Below are positions 19,370-27,120 of a stretch of 64,000 bases of DNA, one piece after another. Each line of letters opens with the position of its first letter. Position 1 is the stretch's first letter. The notes under the pieces are model-generated. The model saw nothing but the letters and a program-made list of their open reading frames with translations. It was not told where the DNA came from and searched no databases. The stretch lies in the IMG/VR virus record IMGVR_UViG_3300013104_000002, positions 1-64,000 of that record; one strand, given 5' to 3'. This stretch comes from a virus. The position numbers and the translations under genes are program-made.

Positions 19370-19890
19370 AAACTACATTATTAACTACAACAGCCATTTT
19401 CTTAATGATTTTGGCTTTTTCTTTTAAGTTCGAATTCGCGCCGAAAAAAGGATTCAAAAAAGTAGAATTAGATCAATCTATAAAAATAATAAACTTAACT
19501 TCTTATAGGTATTTAGACACTATAGCTAGCGTAGCTGCGAAAAGCTTACGAGTAAAAGATGTCACTATTATAATTACAGATATTCCAGGAGAATATTTAT
19601 ATGAAAATGCTTTACTAGCTTATACAGAGAAAATAGATGATATTTATTATATTAGAATGAGATATGATTATGGAGTTTATTTAGGGTGTTTAATTAGTTG
19701 TCATGAAATGATCCATTTATCTCAAATGTATTTTGGAAGGTTGTTTATTACTAATGATGGTTTTATTTTTGATAATGAATTTATTCCATTTACTTCTAAT
19801 TATGAAGATAGGAAGTTTGAAGCAGAAGCTTTCATGTATGAAATGTCATTAAAATACGAAGTAGATTCTATTTTAAGCCACGATTATTAG
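19366..19890 (+). CDS. signal-peptide-bearing zincin-like metallopeptidase
   Basis: N-terminal hydrophobic signal; HEMIH..Q plus downstream YEDRKFEAEA. Confidence 0.7.
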   Translation: MKTTLLTTTAIFLMILAFSFKFEFAPKKGFKKVELDQSIKIINLTSYRYLDTIASVAAKSLRVKDVTIIITDIPGEYLYENALLAYTEKIDDIYYIRMRYDYGVYLGCLISCHEMIHLSQMYFGRLFITNDGFIFDNEFIPFTSNYEDRKFEAEAFMYEMSLKYEVDSILSHDY

Positions 19891-19938
19891 ATTTGTATAT
19901 TCGTCTATCAACTTATAAAAAATAAGCCCTTAGAAACG

Positions 19939-20478
19939 TTAATTTGTCTCTAGGGCTTTTTGGTTTTTCAACTCTAAGTAACTATAATAAAATTTTCTGC
20001 ATAATATAGATTCAATTTCTTTTAACTTTTTTTCTTTGTGAAGCAATTTTGCCTCTTTATATTTTCTTATATAACCTAATTCTGTAATATAAAATAATCC
20101 TGCATAATCTGGAAGTAAATCTTTTACTTTTTCTAAAAGAGTGTAAGGTACGCAAAAATAAAACCTATTGGGAATGAATACAGGAATACATTCTCCTTTT
20201 TTATACCAAATTAAAAGACCATCTTCTTTTCTTGCATAATCGCTTTCTGCGACGACAAAACCATTTTTTAGGATACTGTGCTTACTTTTCTTAAAATCTG
20301 CCTTAAAATCGCTAAAACTTACCTTAACTTCAATGTCTAGGCAATAGCCATTCTCTTTTACTACTAAAAAATCTGTTTCTTTATAATGATGGTCGAAAAC
20401 ATATGTATTAGAAACCATGTATCTGGAGTTATTTGAAAAATGCGATCTCAGTGCGTTGTCTATATCTTTTGCGGTCAT
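19939..20478 (-). CDS. PD-(D/E)XK nuclease, MmcB-like
   Basis: ETDFL...DIEVKVSFSDFKAD...NRFYFCVP. Confidence 0.75.
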   Translation of the reverse strand: MTAKDIDNALRSHFSNNSRYMVSNTYVFDHHYKETDFLVVKENGYCLDIEVKVSFSDFKADFKKSKHSILKNGFVVAESDYARKEDGLLIWYKKGECIPVFIPNRFYFCVPYTLLEKVKDLLPDYAGLFYITELGYIRKYKEAKLLHKEKKLKEIESILCRKFYYSYLELKNQKALETN

Positions 20479-20479
20479 A

Positions 20480-20668
20480 CTAATTTGTAGGCTTCTGTAT
20501 TCTTTGTAATTCTTTTCTTAGCCTTTCTTCTTCCTCATACTCAAGACTTGTAAAAGCTTCTACATATTTATCAATCAATATCTCAATACAGTCATCGTAA
20601 TTAAAGCGTCTTATATTGATTCCTAACTCTTGCATTTTATCTAGGTTTTCTTTAGCTTTTGGTGTCAT
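20480..20668 (-). CDS. hypothetical phage protein
   Basis: 62 aa ORF. Confidence 0.55.
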   Translation of the reverse strand: MTPKAKENLDKMQELGINIRRFNYDDCIEILIDKYVEAFTSLEYEEEERLRKELQRIQKPTN

Positions 20669-20918
20669 AATACTCTATTTTAATTACTGCTTTTTCAATT
20701 AATTCTTCCAATACTTCATGGGTCTTCTCTTGATAATACTCACGATATCCCAGAGTATATTTCAAAGACCCTATTAAAGCATTCATTGCTTCTCCTTTCT
20801 TTTTCCAGGAAAATTTTCCAGAGTTCATTACTAATAAATCTCCTTCAAAGTATATTCTATAACCTGCTTTTGAACTTGTTTTTAACTGTTGTAGTTCTTG
20901 TAATATTTTATCTGTCAT
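20652..20918 (-). CDS. hypothetical phage protein
   Basis: 88 aa ORF. Confidence 0.6.
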   Translation of the reverse strand: MTDKILQELQQLKTSSKAGYRIYFEGDLLVMNSGKFSWKKKGEAMNALIGSLKYTLGYREYYQEKTHEVLEELIEKAVIKIEYYDTKS

Positions 20919-20955
20919 ATAGTCTTTCTATTATTGCTATTTTTAATTTTGTTTG

Positions 20956-21393
20956 TCATAATTTACCTTGTTTTAAAAGTATTCTAATATACATTATCAA
21001 TCTTCCTAGATTATTTTCACCCACGTTTGGATTCTGTTTTAGATCAACTCCCCAAAAAATGTCATTCCAGTAGTTTCCTTCCTGTATATTTTCATTACCT
21101 GTGTTTAATAATTTACTTCTAAATGGCTCTTGAGTAAACTTTTTGACCAGTAATTTATACATTATTTCAAGTTTAACCTCTTCCCAATCTTTTCTTATCT
21201 GAATATTTTTAGATTCTTTTTTAACGACATTCGGTGGGTTTTCCAGACAAAATTTAAACCAGCTAACATCATCTGTGTTCTTTTGTGCCATATAAGCATT
21301 TTCAACAGATTTGTAGATTAGCCCATTATGTATAATATCACATGAATACATGTTGGATAGCCAATTATATTCTCCTCTGAAGTTACTTATCAT
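20956..21393 (-). CDS. NADAR (YbiA-like) family hydrolase
   Basis: WLSNMY, SVENAYMAQK, RKDWE, KF.Q, EGNYWNDIFWG, GENNLGRLIM. Confidence 0.92.
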   Translation of the reverse strand: MISNFRGEYNWLSNMYSCDIIHNGLIYKSVENAYMAQKNTDDVSWFKFCLENPPNVVKKESKNIQIRKDWEEVKLEIMYKLLVKKFTQEPFRSKLLNTGNENIQEGNYWNDIFWGVDLKQNPNVGENNLGRLIMYIRILLKQGKL

Positions 21394-21583
21394 ATTCAGG
21401 TATTTCTGTCCAACGTTCTACTATCTCATAACTTTTTCTCCCGCCAACACAATACCAATTTCCATGGTAAGATGCTATTCGGTATTCGCTCCACCCAGGA
21501 GTTTTAGTATTATTTACCCAAACTAATACATGTCTGTCATTATCAGGTGTTTTGTCTTCTACAAGATGCCATTTATTTCTCAT
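21383..21583 (-). CDS. DUF551-like small phage protein
   Basis: KWHLVEDKTP ... VERWTEIP. Confidence 0.6.
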   Translation of the reverse strand: MRNKWHLVEDKTPDNDRHVLVWVNNTKTPGWSEYRIASYHGNWYCVGGRKSYEIVERWTEIPEYDK

Positions 21584-21858
21584 AATTCTCCCATTTCTTT
21601 TAACTGTTCTCTGACTATCTTCAAGTCACTTTCTGTCTGCTCTCTTATTTTCTTGCGCAAAACTGGGTCACATTCATAATTCAAAGCTGTAAACACTGAT
21701 CTCGGCGCATTTTTAGGAAAAGACATTTTAAGTCTGTGTTGTTTGTAATACTCGTAATCCTCTAAAGTTTTACAATAATCTCCCGACCCTGCCCAAATAT
21801 GGGTGTGTCTTCCCCAACCGTTTAGGTTTTTAAATTCATTCCAAGTTAGTTTACTCAT
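21580..21858 (-). CDS. hypothetical phage protein
   Basis: 92 aa ORF. Confidence 0.6.
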   Translation of the reverse strand: MSKLTWNEFKNLNGWGRHTHIWAGSGDYCKTLEDYEYYKQHRLKMSFPKNAPRSVFTALNYECDPVLRKKIREQTESDLKIVREQLKEMGEL

Positions 21859-22049
21859 AATAAATTATATTTAATTAAAAATTGTCTGTGCCTAAATTCT
21901 ATTTCTTCATCAGTTAATACCTTATCCCAGAAATCTATTGAAATACCTAGTGTGTCATACAGTAATTTAAGCATACGCATTTGCATTCCTTGATATTCTT
22001 GTATTAATATTGGTTTAATTTCCATTTCTATAGAATCTGGGTGCATCAT
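21855..22049 (-). CDS. hypothetical phage protein
   Basis: 64 aa ORF. Confidence 0.5.
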   Translation of the reverse strand: MMHPDSIEMEIKPILIQEYQGMQMRMLKLLYDTLGISIDFWDKVLTDEEIEFRHRQFLIKYNLL

Positions 22050-22275
22050 TCATCCAATAATATTTTTCATATTGCTCATACCATATTCCATTTATTCGAA
22101 AATTTTTACAACCTAAATTCCAGCTTATATCTGCATTAGGAAAATATTTTCTAAATATAGGAATTAATCTACTTGGTAAATTACCTATGTATACCTCACA
22201 ATTTGCTATAACTGAATTTATATCTTCTAAGTTATTAGCATCTAATTCTTTATTTTCTATAAAACTAACTGACAT
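22015..22275 (-). CDS. hypothetical phage protein
   Basis: 86 aa ORF. Confidence 0.55.
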   Translation of the reverse strand: MSVSFIENKELDANNLEDINSVIANCEVYIGNLPSRLIPIFRKYFPNADISWNLGCKNFRINGIWYEQYEKYYWMNDAPRFYRNGN

Positions 22276-22551
22276 TTATTTAAATATTAAGTAAAACTTC
22301 GGAAAAATATATTTATTCGGCGCATAAAAACTAAGAGTATTTTCATGAAAATCATATCTGAATTTTGCTTTGGAAATAGGTATATAATCTTTAACCAATT
22401 TTAAAATCTCTTCTTTATTTTTATCTTTATTTGCACGAATTAAACTTTCATACTCCCAGAAAACTTTAGTATCGTTAAAACCTGAACTTCCGTATTTTGT
22501 GAAATACTCATAATCGATTTGGCTGTAACTTTTTGTATATTCTACTCTCAT
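22276..22551 (-). CDS. hypothetical phage protein
   Basis: start MRVEYTK preferred (avoids overlap). Confidence 0.55.
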   Translation of the reverse strand: MRVEYTKSYSQIDYEYFTKYGSSGFNDTKVFWEYESLIRANKDKNKEEILKLVKDYIPISKAKFRYDFHENTLSFYAPNKYIFPKFYLIFK

Positions 22552-22556
22552 ATTTG

Positions 22557-22928
22557 TTATTTTATAAATTCTATTACTGCCCACATCCAAATAAAATGAA
22601 ATACCTGATCCACTACAAAATGACCCCAAGGCAAAACTCTTTCATATTGATTATTGGCAACTAAAGCATTGTGTTTTAATTCCCTTTGAAAACTTCCCAT
22701 AGTTTTACACCACCAAGATACAAAATTTGTTCTGTCTTGTATCCAATGTTGTGCGTAAATTAATAGTATTTGTACTGGGGTTAAATTTGTTAGAAGAAAA
22801 GGTAGTATATAAAGAGTTACATGTAAAGTACAACTCCAATTGTTTTTCTTTTTATTTACGGCTTGCCAATCATTTTGTAATAAAAAGTCGCCTATAAAAT
22901 GGGCTAAAACCCAAGGTAAATTTATCAT
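22557..22928 (-). CDS. DUF3307 family membrane protein
   Basis: AHFIGDFLLQ, HVTLY, HWIQD, DQVFH. Confidence 0.85.
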   Translation of the reverse strand: MINLPWVLAHFIGDFLLQNDWQAVNKKKNNWSCTLHVTLYILPFLLTNLTPVQILLIYAQHWIQDRTNFVSWWCKTMGSFQRELKHNALVANNQYERVLPWGHFVVDQVFHFIWMWAVIEFIK

Positions 22929-23134
22929 AAGTGGTATTTTGGACAATTATTACTATGCTCTCCTGTGGTCATATAACAGCAGATACATTCATTATTTACT
23001 TCTGAGTTTTCTCGCTCATATATTTTATTTTCTAACCATTCTATATAATTTTGATTAGAGCTTAAAAACATATATTCTACAGAGTCTGTGGTTTTATTCC
23101 AACACTCTGATTCAAATTCTCCTCTTAATGTCAT
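22925..23134 (-). CDS. hypothetical phage protein
   Basis: 69 aa, C-terminal CxC...H...CP. Confidence 0.55.
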   Translation of the reverse strand: MTLRGEFESECWNKTTDSVEYMFLSSNQNYIEWLENKIYERENSEVNNECICCYMTTGEHSNNCPKYHL

Positions 23135-23178
23135 AATTTAAGTTTCTTTAATAGTTCCTCGATTGTTTCTAGCGTACT

Positions 23179-23469
23179 TTATTTTATGTAATTATGTGAT
23201 GCTTTACACAGCTCAGTAAATTTTTCTTTTAACCAATTGTTTCTTAAATCTAACAGTTCCTTTTTAAATTCTTTTTCCGCTGATTTTATAGAATATTCTT
23301 TCCCTATAGATTCTAAATTAGTTTCATCTAATTCGGTTGTAGTGAATATTTCTTTTGAGTCATCGCATTGCCAATAAAAGCTAATATACTCTAAATGAAG
23401 ATTTTTATATTTACAAGTAGCAATATCAGTTTTTAATACCATTGGTTTATTTGTTATTGGACTGTTCAT
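23179..23469 (-). CDS. stand-alone MqsA-type antitoxin N-terminal domain
   Basis: MNSPITNKPM...YWQCDDSKEIFTTTELDETN resembles Bacteroidota MqsA-family N-termini; no HTH follows. Confidence 0.6.
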   Translation of the reverse strand: MNSPITNKPMVLKTDIATCKYKNLHLEYISFYWQCDDSKEIFTTTELDETNLESIGKEYSIKSAEKEFKKELLDLRNNWLKEKFTELCKASHNYIK

Positions 23470-23767
23470 CTCTTTCTGCTTAATATCTTACTTATCACTT
23501 CTTTATCAGTATAATTATGTCCTAAGAAAGTACTTAAATCTTAGGTTGGTAGTGAATCTACCCTCGCATTCGGATGTATACAATAAGACTCTTCTTTAAT
23601 ATATGGATTTTCTCCTATATAAGTAAAAGTTAAACCCATTCTATATTTACTTGGTTTCCATTTTTCATATCTGCCTGTTTAAATACAAATTATATCTAGC
23701 CCATCTCTCCATCAATTCAATCTTTTGGTGTTTAGCTTCTCTTAATACTAATCTCCACCATATTCTT

Positions 23768-24133
23768 TTAAGTCTTTTCATATTTTATAATTCTAATTGG
23801 TATTCCTTTCTTCTTAGCCTTGGAAATTGAATCTGCTGTTCCATTACTACCTGTTGTTATTGCGATAAGATAATCTGAAGCATCAACTATTTGTGTGTTT
23901 CTTAATAAAGGTGCTAATTTTGGTGGATTATTTTTGTAGTCGGGTAGAAATTCAATCATTTCTAAATTAGGTCTTTCTTTCCAGTATTCTCGGCATAATT
24001 TATCGACCCCAGTAGCACCACCACTTACTAGACAAATATTTTCTTCTATATTTTGTAAATAATAGTCTAAAGTTTTAAATACAAATTCGCGATCTGAAAT
24101 TGACCTTGAACCTACTACAGCTACATATTTCAT
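23768..24133 (-). CDS. SLOG superfamily protein (YspA/DUF2493-like)
   Basis: VVGSR, VSGGATGVD, PLLRNTQIV, SNGT. Confidence 0.85.
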   Translation of the reverse strand: MKYVAVVGSRSISDREFVFKTLDYYLQNIEENICLVSGGATGVDKLCREYWKERPNLEMIEFLPDYKNNPPKLAPLLRNTQIVDASDYLIAITTGSNGTADSISKAKKKGIPIRIIKYEKT

Positions 24134-24275
24134 ATTTATTTAGTTTTAAATTCTAGAGAATGATTTTCCCAATTATATTTCGTTATTCCTCTGCCATAGT
24201 TTTTCATACATAGTCTAATAAAATCGAAGTAGCTTATAAAAACACCCTTATACTCAAATCTTAGATACTGTACCA

Positions 24276-24602
24276 TTAAAACACTTTTAAAGTTATCATT
24301 TCTTCATCATTTTCGATCATCAACTCAAAATCTTTATTTACAATAAACGCAAAGTCTGGATTTTTAAATACAGTCCGTAATGCTTTCCAATCATCATCTA
24401 TAGAAAAAGCTAATATTAACTCTTCATTGTCTGATACACCCAAACAATCTAAGTATAAATCTGTTTCTAAACTTATTTTTACATTTTGTGTTATACTGAC
24501 ATTTTTATCCCTCCAAGATTCGGCGAATAAAATTACTCTGCCATCCTTCTCCTGTATCTCGCTATTTCTTAAATAACTTGAAATATGTATTAGTTCTAGC
24601 AT
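24276..24602 (-). CDS. hypothetical phage protein
   Basis: 108 aa ORF. Confidence 0.6.
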   Translation of the reverse strand: MLELIHISSYLRNSEIQEKDGRVILFAESWRDKNVSITQNVKISLETDLYLDCLGVSDNEELILAFSIDDDWKALRTVFKNPDFAFIVNKDFELMIENDEEMITLKVF

Positions 24603-25306
24603 AAGATTGGCATTGAATCAGATTGAACACATCCAGGGACAGGAATCATATTATCGTTATTCATCATAACTGTAAATTTTTCATGAGTAGCTTTACTGAA
24701 TCCATTATACCAAGACTTAGAATATTTAGCATCTATTTTACTAAGTTCTATTAAAATATGATAACCCCCTCTTGTTTTAATAATACTATTAGCAAAAGCA
24801 TTCGAATTTACAATATTATTTTGAATAATCCAACTAAATAACTCAGTTTCTGATAAATTTTCTCCTTCCTTTAAATCAATATCTATATCAAAATATTTTC
24901 TAATTCCTGAAACTTGCGTCATATTTAAAGCAACCGATTGAGGGTTATAAATAGTTTTACCATCTACTAAAAATTTAGTCAGTTCCTGTATAGTTCTAAG
25001 TCCTGCCTTATGCATGTCTCTAGGATTAGGTGTAATATATAAAGCTAAACTATCCTGATTTACAGGTATACTATCGCACTCATAAGAACCTAATTCAACC
25101 TCTAATTTTCTTATTTTGTTTATTAATTGTTCCTTAGAGGCTGTGAACCTTTTAAGTTGCCCTTTATCGGCTTTGAGTCCTTCAGTGTAACCATATTTTT
25201 TCCGCGCAAAAAGAGAAACATAAAATTTTTGACCATCCTCTAGCTTTGGTAGCCAATCAATAAATCTTTGAAGTTCTTTTTCGTCCTTAATAATATTATA
25301 ATTCAT
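24596..25306 (-). CDS. archaeo-eukaryotic primase (AEP)-fold protein
   Basis: YITPNPRD, FDIDID, KTRGGYH, PVPG motifs. Confidence 0.6.
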   Translation of the reverse strand: MNYNIIKDEKELQRFIDWLPKLEDGQKFYVSLFARKKYGYTEGLKADKGQLKRFTASKEQLINKIRKLEVELGSYECDSIPVNQDSLALYITPNPRDMHKAGLRTIQELTKFLVDGKTIYNPQSVALNMTQVSGIRKYFDIDIDLKEGENLSETELFSWIIQNNIVNSNAFANSIIKTRGGYHILIELSKIDAKYSKSWYNGFSKATHEKFTVMMNNDNMIPVPGCVQSDSMPILC

Positions 25307-26399
25307 TATTTCTTATTTTAAGTTCTAACTGTTTTGTATACTCAATGCCTACTTTATCAGGTAAGTTACTGTTTGTGTAAAGTTCTTCTAAATCTTTAGT
25401 CTTTTGTGTCCACTCTTCAATAATTCCTTTTAAATCTAGATCTCCTCTCTTAATGCTTAATAGGTAGTCTCTGTCTTTGGTTCGGTCTACATTTATCGTA
25501 TTTTCTAAAGGAATTTCTTGGGCTGTCATAATGAGTCTCACTAAATGTAAAATATTTTTTGAATCTAATTGTTGACCGTGTTTTTTATTTGTTGCAGTTC
25601 TATTTTCATTTCTATTCTTAAGCCATTGTTCATATTCTCTATATTCTTTGCAATGTGTTGAGTAGCTTTCTCTATTCCAATAAATAATACCTTTCCAATT
25701 ATTAATAAGGTATTTTTCAATCTCAGATTTTCTAGGTTCATTAGAGTTGATATCACCAATACCTTTATAATTTCTAGTTTCAAATTTTAGATCTCTAGTA
25801 TCATTAACCCATTTTATATCGTCGGTATAAAGACGGTAACTGTCTCTGAACCCCTCTATTCCTGCTAAACCAATTTGATTTTGATTATAGTCATTATTTT
25901 TAAGCCAGTCTTTAAGAAGATAAGTTTGACCATCAGCTCTGTCTACAATTTTACAAAAATCTAAAATATCTTTTCTTACTACTCTACTTTCCTCCCAATT
26001 GTATTTTTTATTTAAACCTGAAGCTTTTATTAATTGCGTTTTTGCATATCCTGAATAAGTTTCATAACATTTTTTAGTTAAGAAATTATTTCTATTTGCC
26101 TTTAAATATTCATACTCTTTAGAAATTTCTAAAATACAATTTTCGGGTAAGAATAAAAGTTCAAGAACATTAGGATTACCAGTAGAGACTAACTCTAAAA
26201 AACGTCTTAATTCATAAGCCACATCATCTTTATTAATATCTATTTGAGGTATATAGTTATTAGAAAGAATATCCTCATTACTTTGAATATAGATAGTTTT
26301 GTAATCTATATCGGATGTTTCAGTAGCTAACCCGTAACTCTGACTCCCCACAATTCCTCTAAAAATTATTCTTGCATTTTTTGGTAAACTGTTTATCAT
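25296..26399 (-). CDS. DNA polymerase beta-superfamily nucleotidyltransferase (YcgL/RlaP-like)
   Basis: GSQSYGLATETSDID, GNPNVLELL, YSGYA..QL, DSKNILHLVRL, LLSIKRG. Confidence 0.9.
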   Translation of the reverse strand: MINSLPKNARIIFRGIVGSQSYGLATETSDIDYKTIYIQSNEDILSNNYIPQIDINKDDVAYELRRFLELVSTGNPNVLELLFLPENCILEISKEYEYLKANRNNFLTKKCYETYSGYAKTQLIKASGLNKKYNWEESRVVRKDILDFCKIVDRADGQTYLLKDWLKNNDYNQNQIGLAGIEGFRDSYRLYTDDIKWVNDTRDLKFETRNYKGIGDINSNEPRKSEIEKYLINNWKGIIYWNRESYSTHCKEYREYEQWLKNRNENRTATNKKHGQQLDSKNILHLVRLIMTAQEIPLENTINVDRTKDRDYLLSIKRGDLDLKGIIEEWTQKTKDLEELYTNSNLPDKVGIEYTKQLELKIRNNEL

Positions 26400-26614
26400 A
26401 CTTCTTCTATATTATATTCGTACCCTACCACTTTAGTTTTATACTCCATTCCTAAAAACTTTTTTATTCTTTGTATTAAGTTTTTTGGCGCGAGAACTTC
26501 TCTAACATCACTTACTACTTTATAGTAATATAGATTAGGTGTGAAATGTGTTGTCATATCTTCATCAATCCATATCTTGAATGATTGTGGATTTGTTCCT
26601 GGTTGTTCGTTCAT
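26396..26614 (-). CDS. hypothetical phage protein
   Basis: 72 aa ORF. Confidence 0.55.
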   Translation of the reverse strand: MNEQPGTNPQSFKIWIDEDMTTHFTPNLYYYKVVSDVREVLAPKNLIQRIKKFLGMEYKTKVVGYEYNIEEV

Positions 26615-26617
26615 AGT

Positions 26618-26935
26618 TTATTCTTTTAAATATTCCCATAATTTGCTTGATGATTGATGTTGTCTCATATCTTTCAAATAAAACCTACAATCATAAGAGC
26701 CGATCCAAGTATCTGATGTGTAGCTCTGATCGTGTAACCCATTCCATTCTTCCCAAGAATACTCTTTTGTACAACTACCTAAACATAATTGACCCTTATT
26801 CTCGGTATATGTCATCACTCCTATTTTATAACCATATTCCTTTATATACTGTTTTAGATCCTTTTCTTTAAATGTTTCTAAAATTAAATTATAATTTTTG
26901 GGATATTTTCTTTTTAACCATTTATTGAAGTCCAT
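26618..26935 (-). CDS. hypothetical phage protein
   Basis: 105 aa ORF. Confidence 0.6.
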   Translation of the reverse strand: MDFNKWLKRKYPKNYNLILETFKEKDLKQYIKEYGYKIGVMTYTENKGQLCLGSCTKEYSWEEWNGLHDQSYTSDTWIGSYDCRFYLKDMRQHQSSSKLWEYLKE

Positions 26936-27047
26936 TTTATATTTTTTTAGTTTTCAATCTATCAATTTGTTTTTTGTAGTTTTTCTATTTCACTTTCGAT
27001 ACGCGGTTTTTAATATTTGTTCTTTCATATATGGTTAATTTATTTGA

Positions 27048-27079
27048 CAAATATAATAGGTTTTTAATTAATACACAAA
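27048..27079 (-). promoter_or_regulatory. Bacteroidota primary-sigma promoter for the - strand early array
   Basis: minus strand TTTG, 20 nt spacer, TATATTTG. Confidence 0.75.
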
Positions 27080-27116
27080 TAAAAAAGCGGAAAAGTTACT
27101 CTCCGCTTTATTTTTT
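27080..27116 (-). terminator. intrinsic (possibly bidirectional) terminator ending the virion gene block
   Basis: AAAGCGGA...TCCGCTTT stem flanked by A and T tracts. Confidence 0.8.
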
Positions 27117-27120
27117 AAAT

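Noticed and set aside
23466-23781. Possible degraded gene (short ORF, frameshift and in-frame TAA) between the SLOG and MqsA-like genes
   Set aside because: Equally explained by separate tiny ORFs; no recognisable family supports a pseudogene call.
24860-24900. FDIDID as an RNA polymerase catalytic motif
   Set aside because: It lies in a 236 aa early protein with a TRGGYH motif, which fits an AEP fold rather than a multi-domain RNAP.
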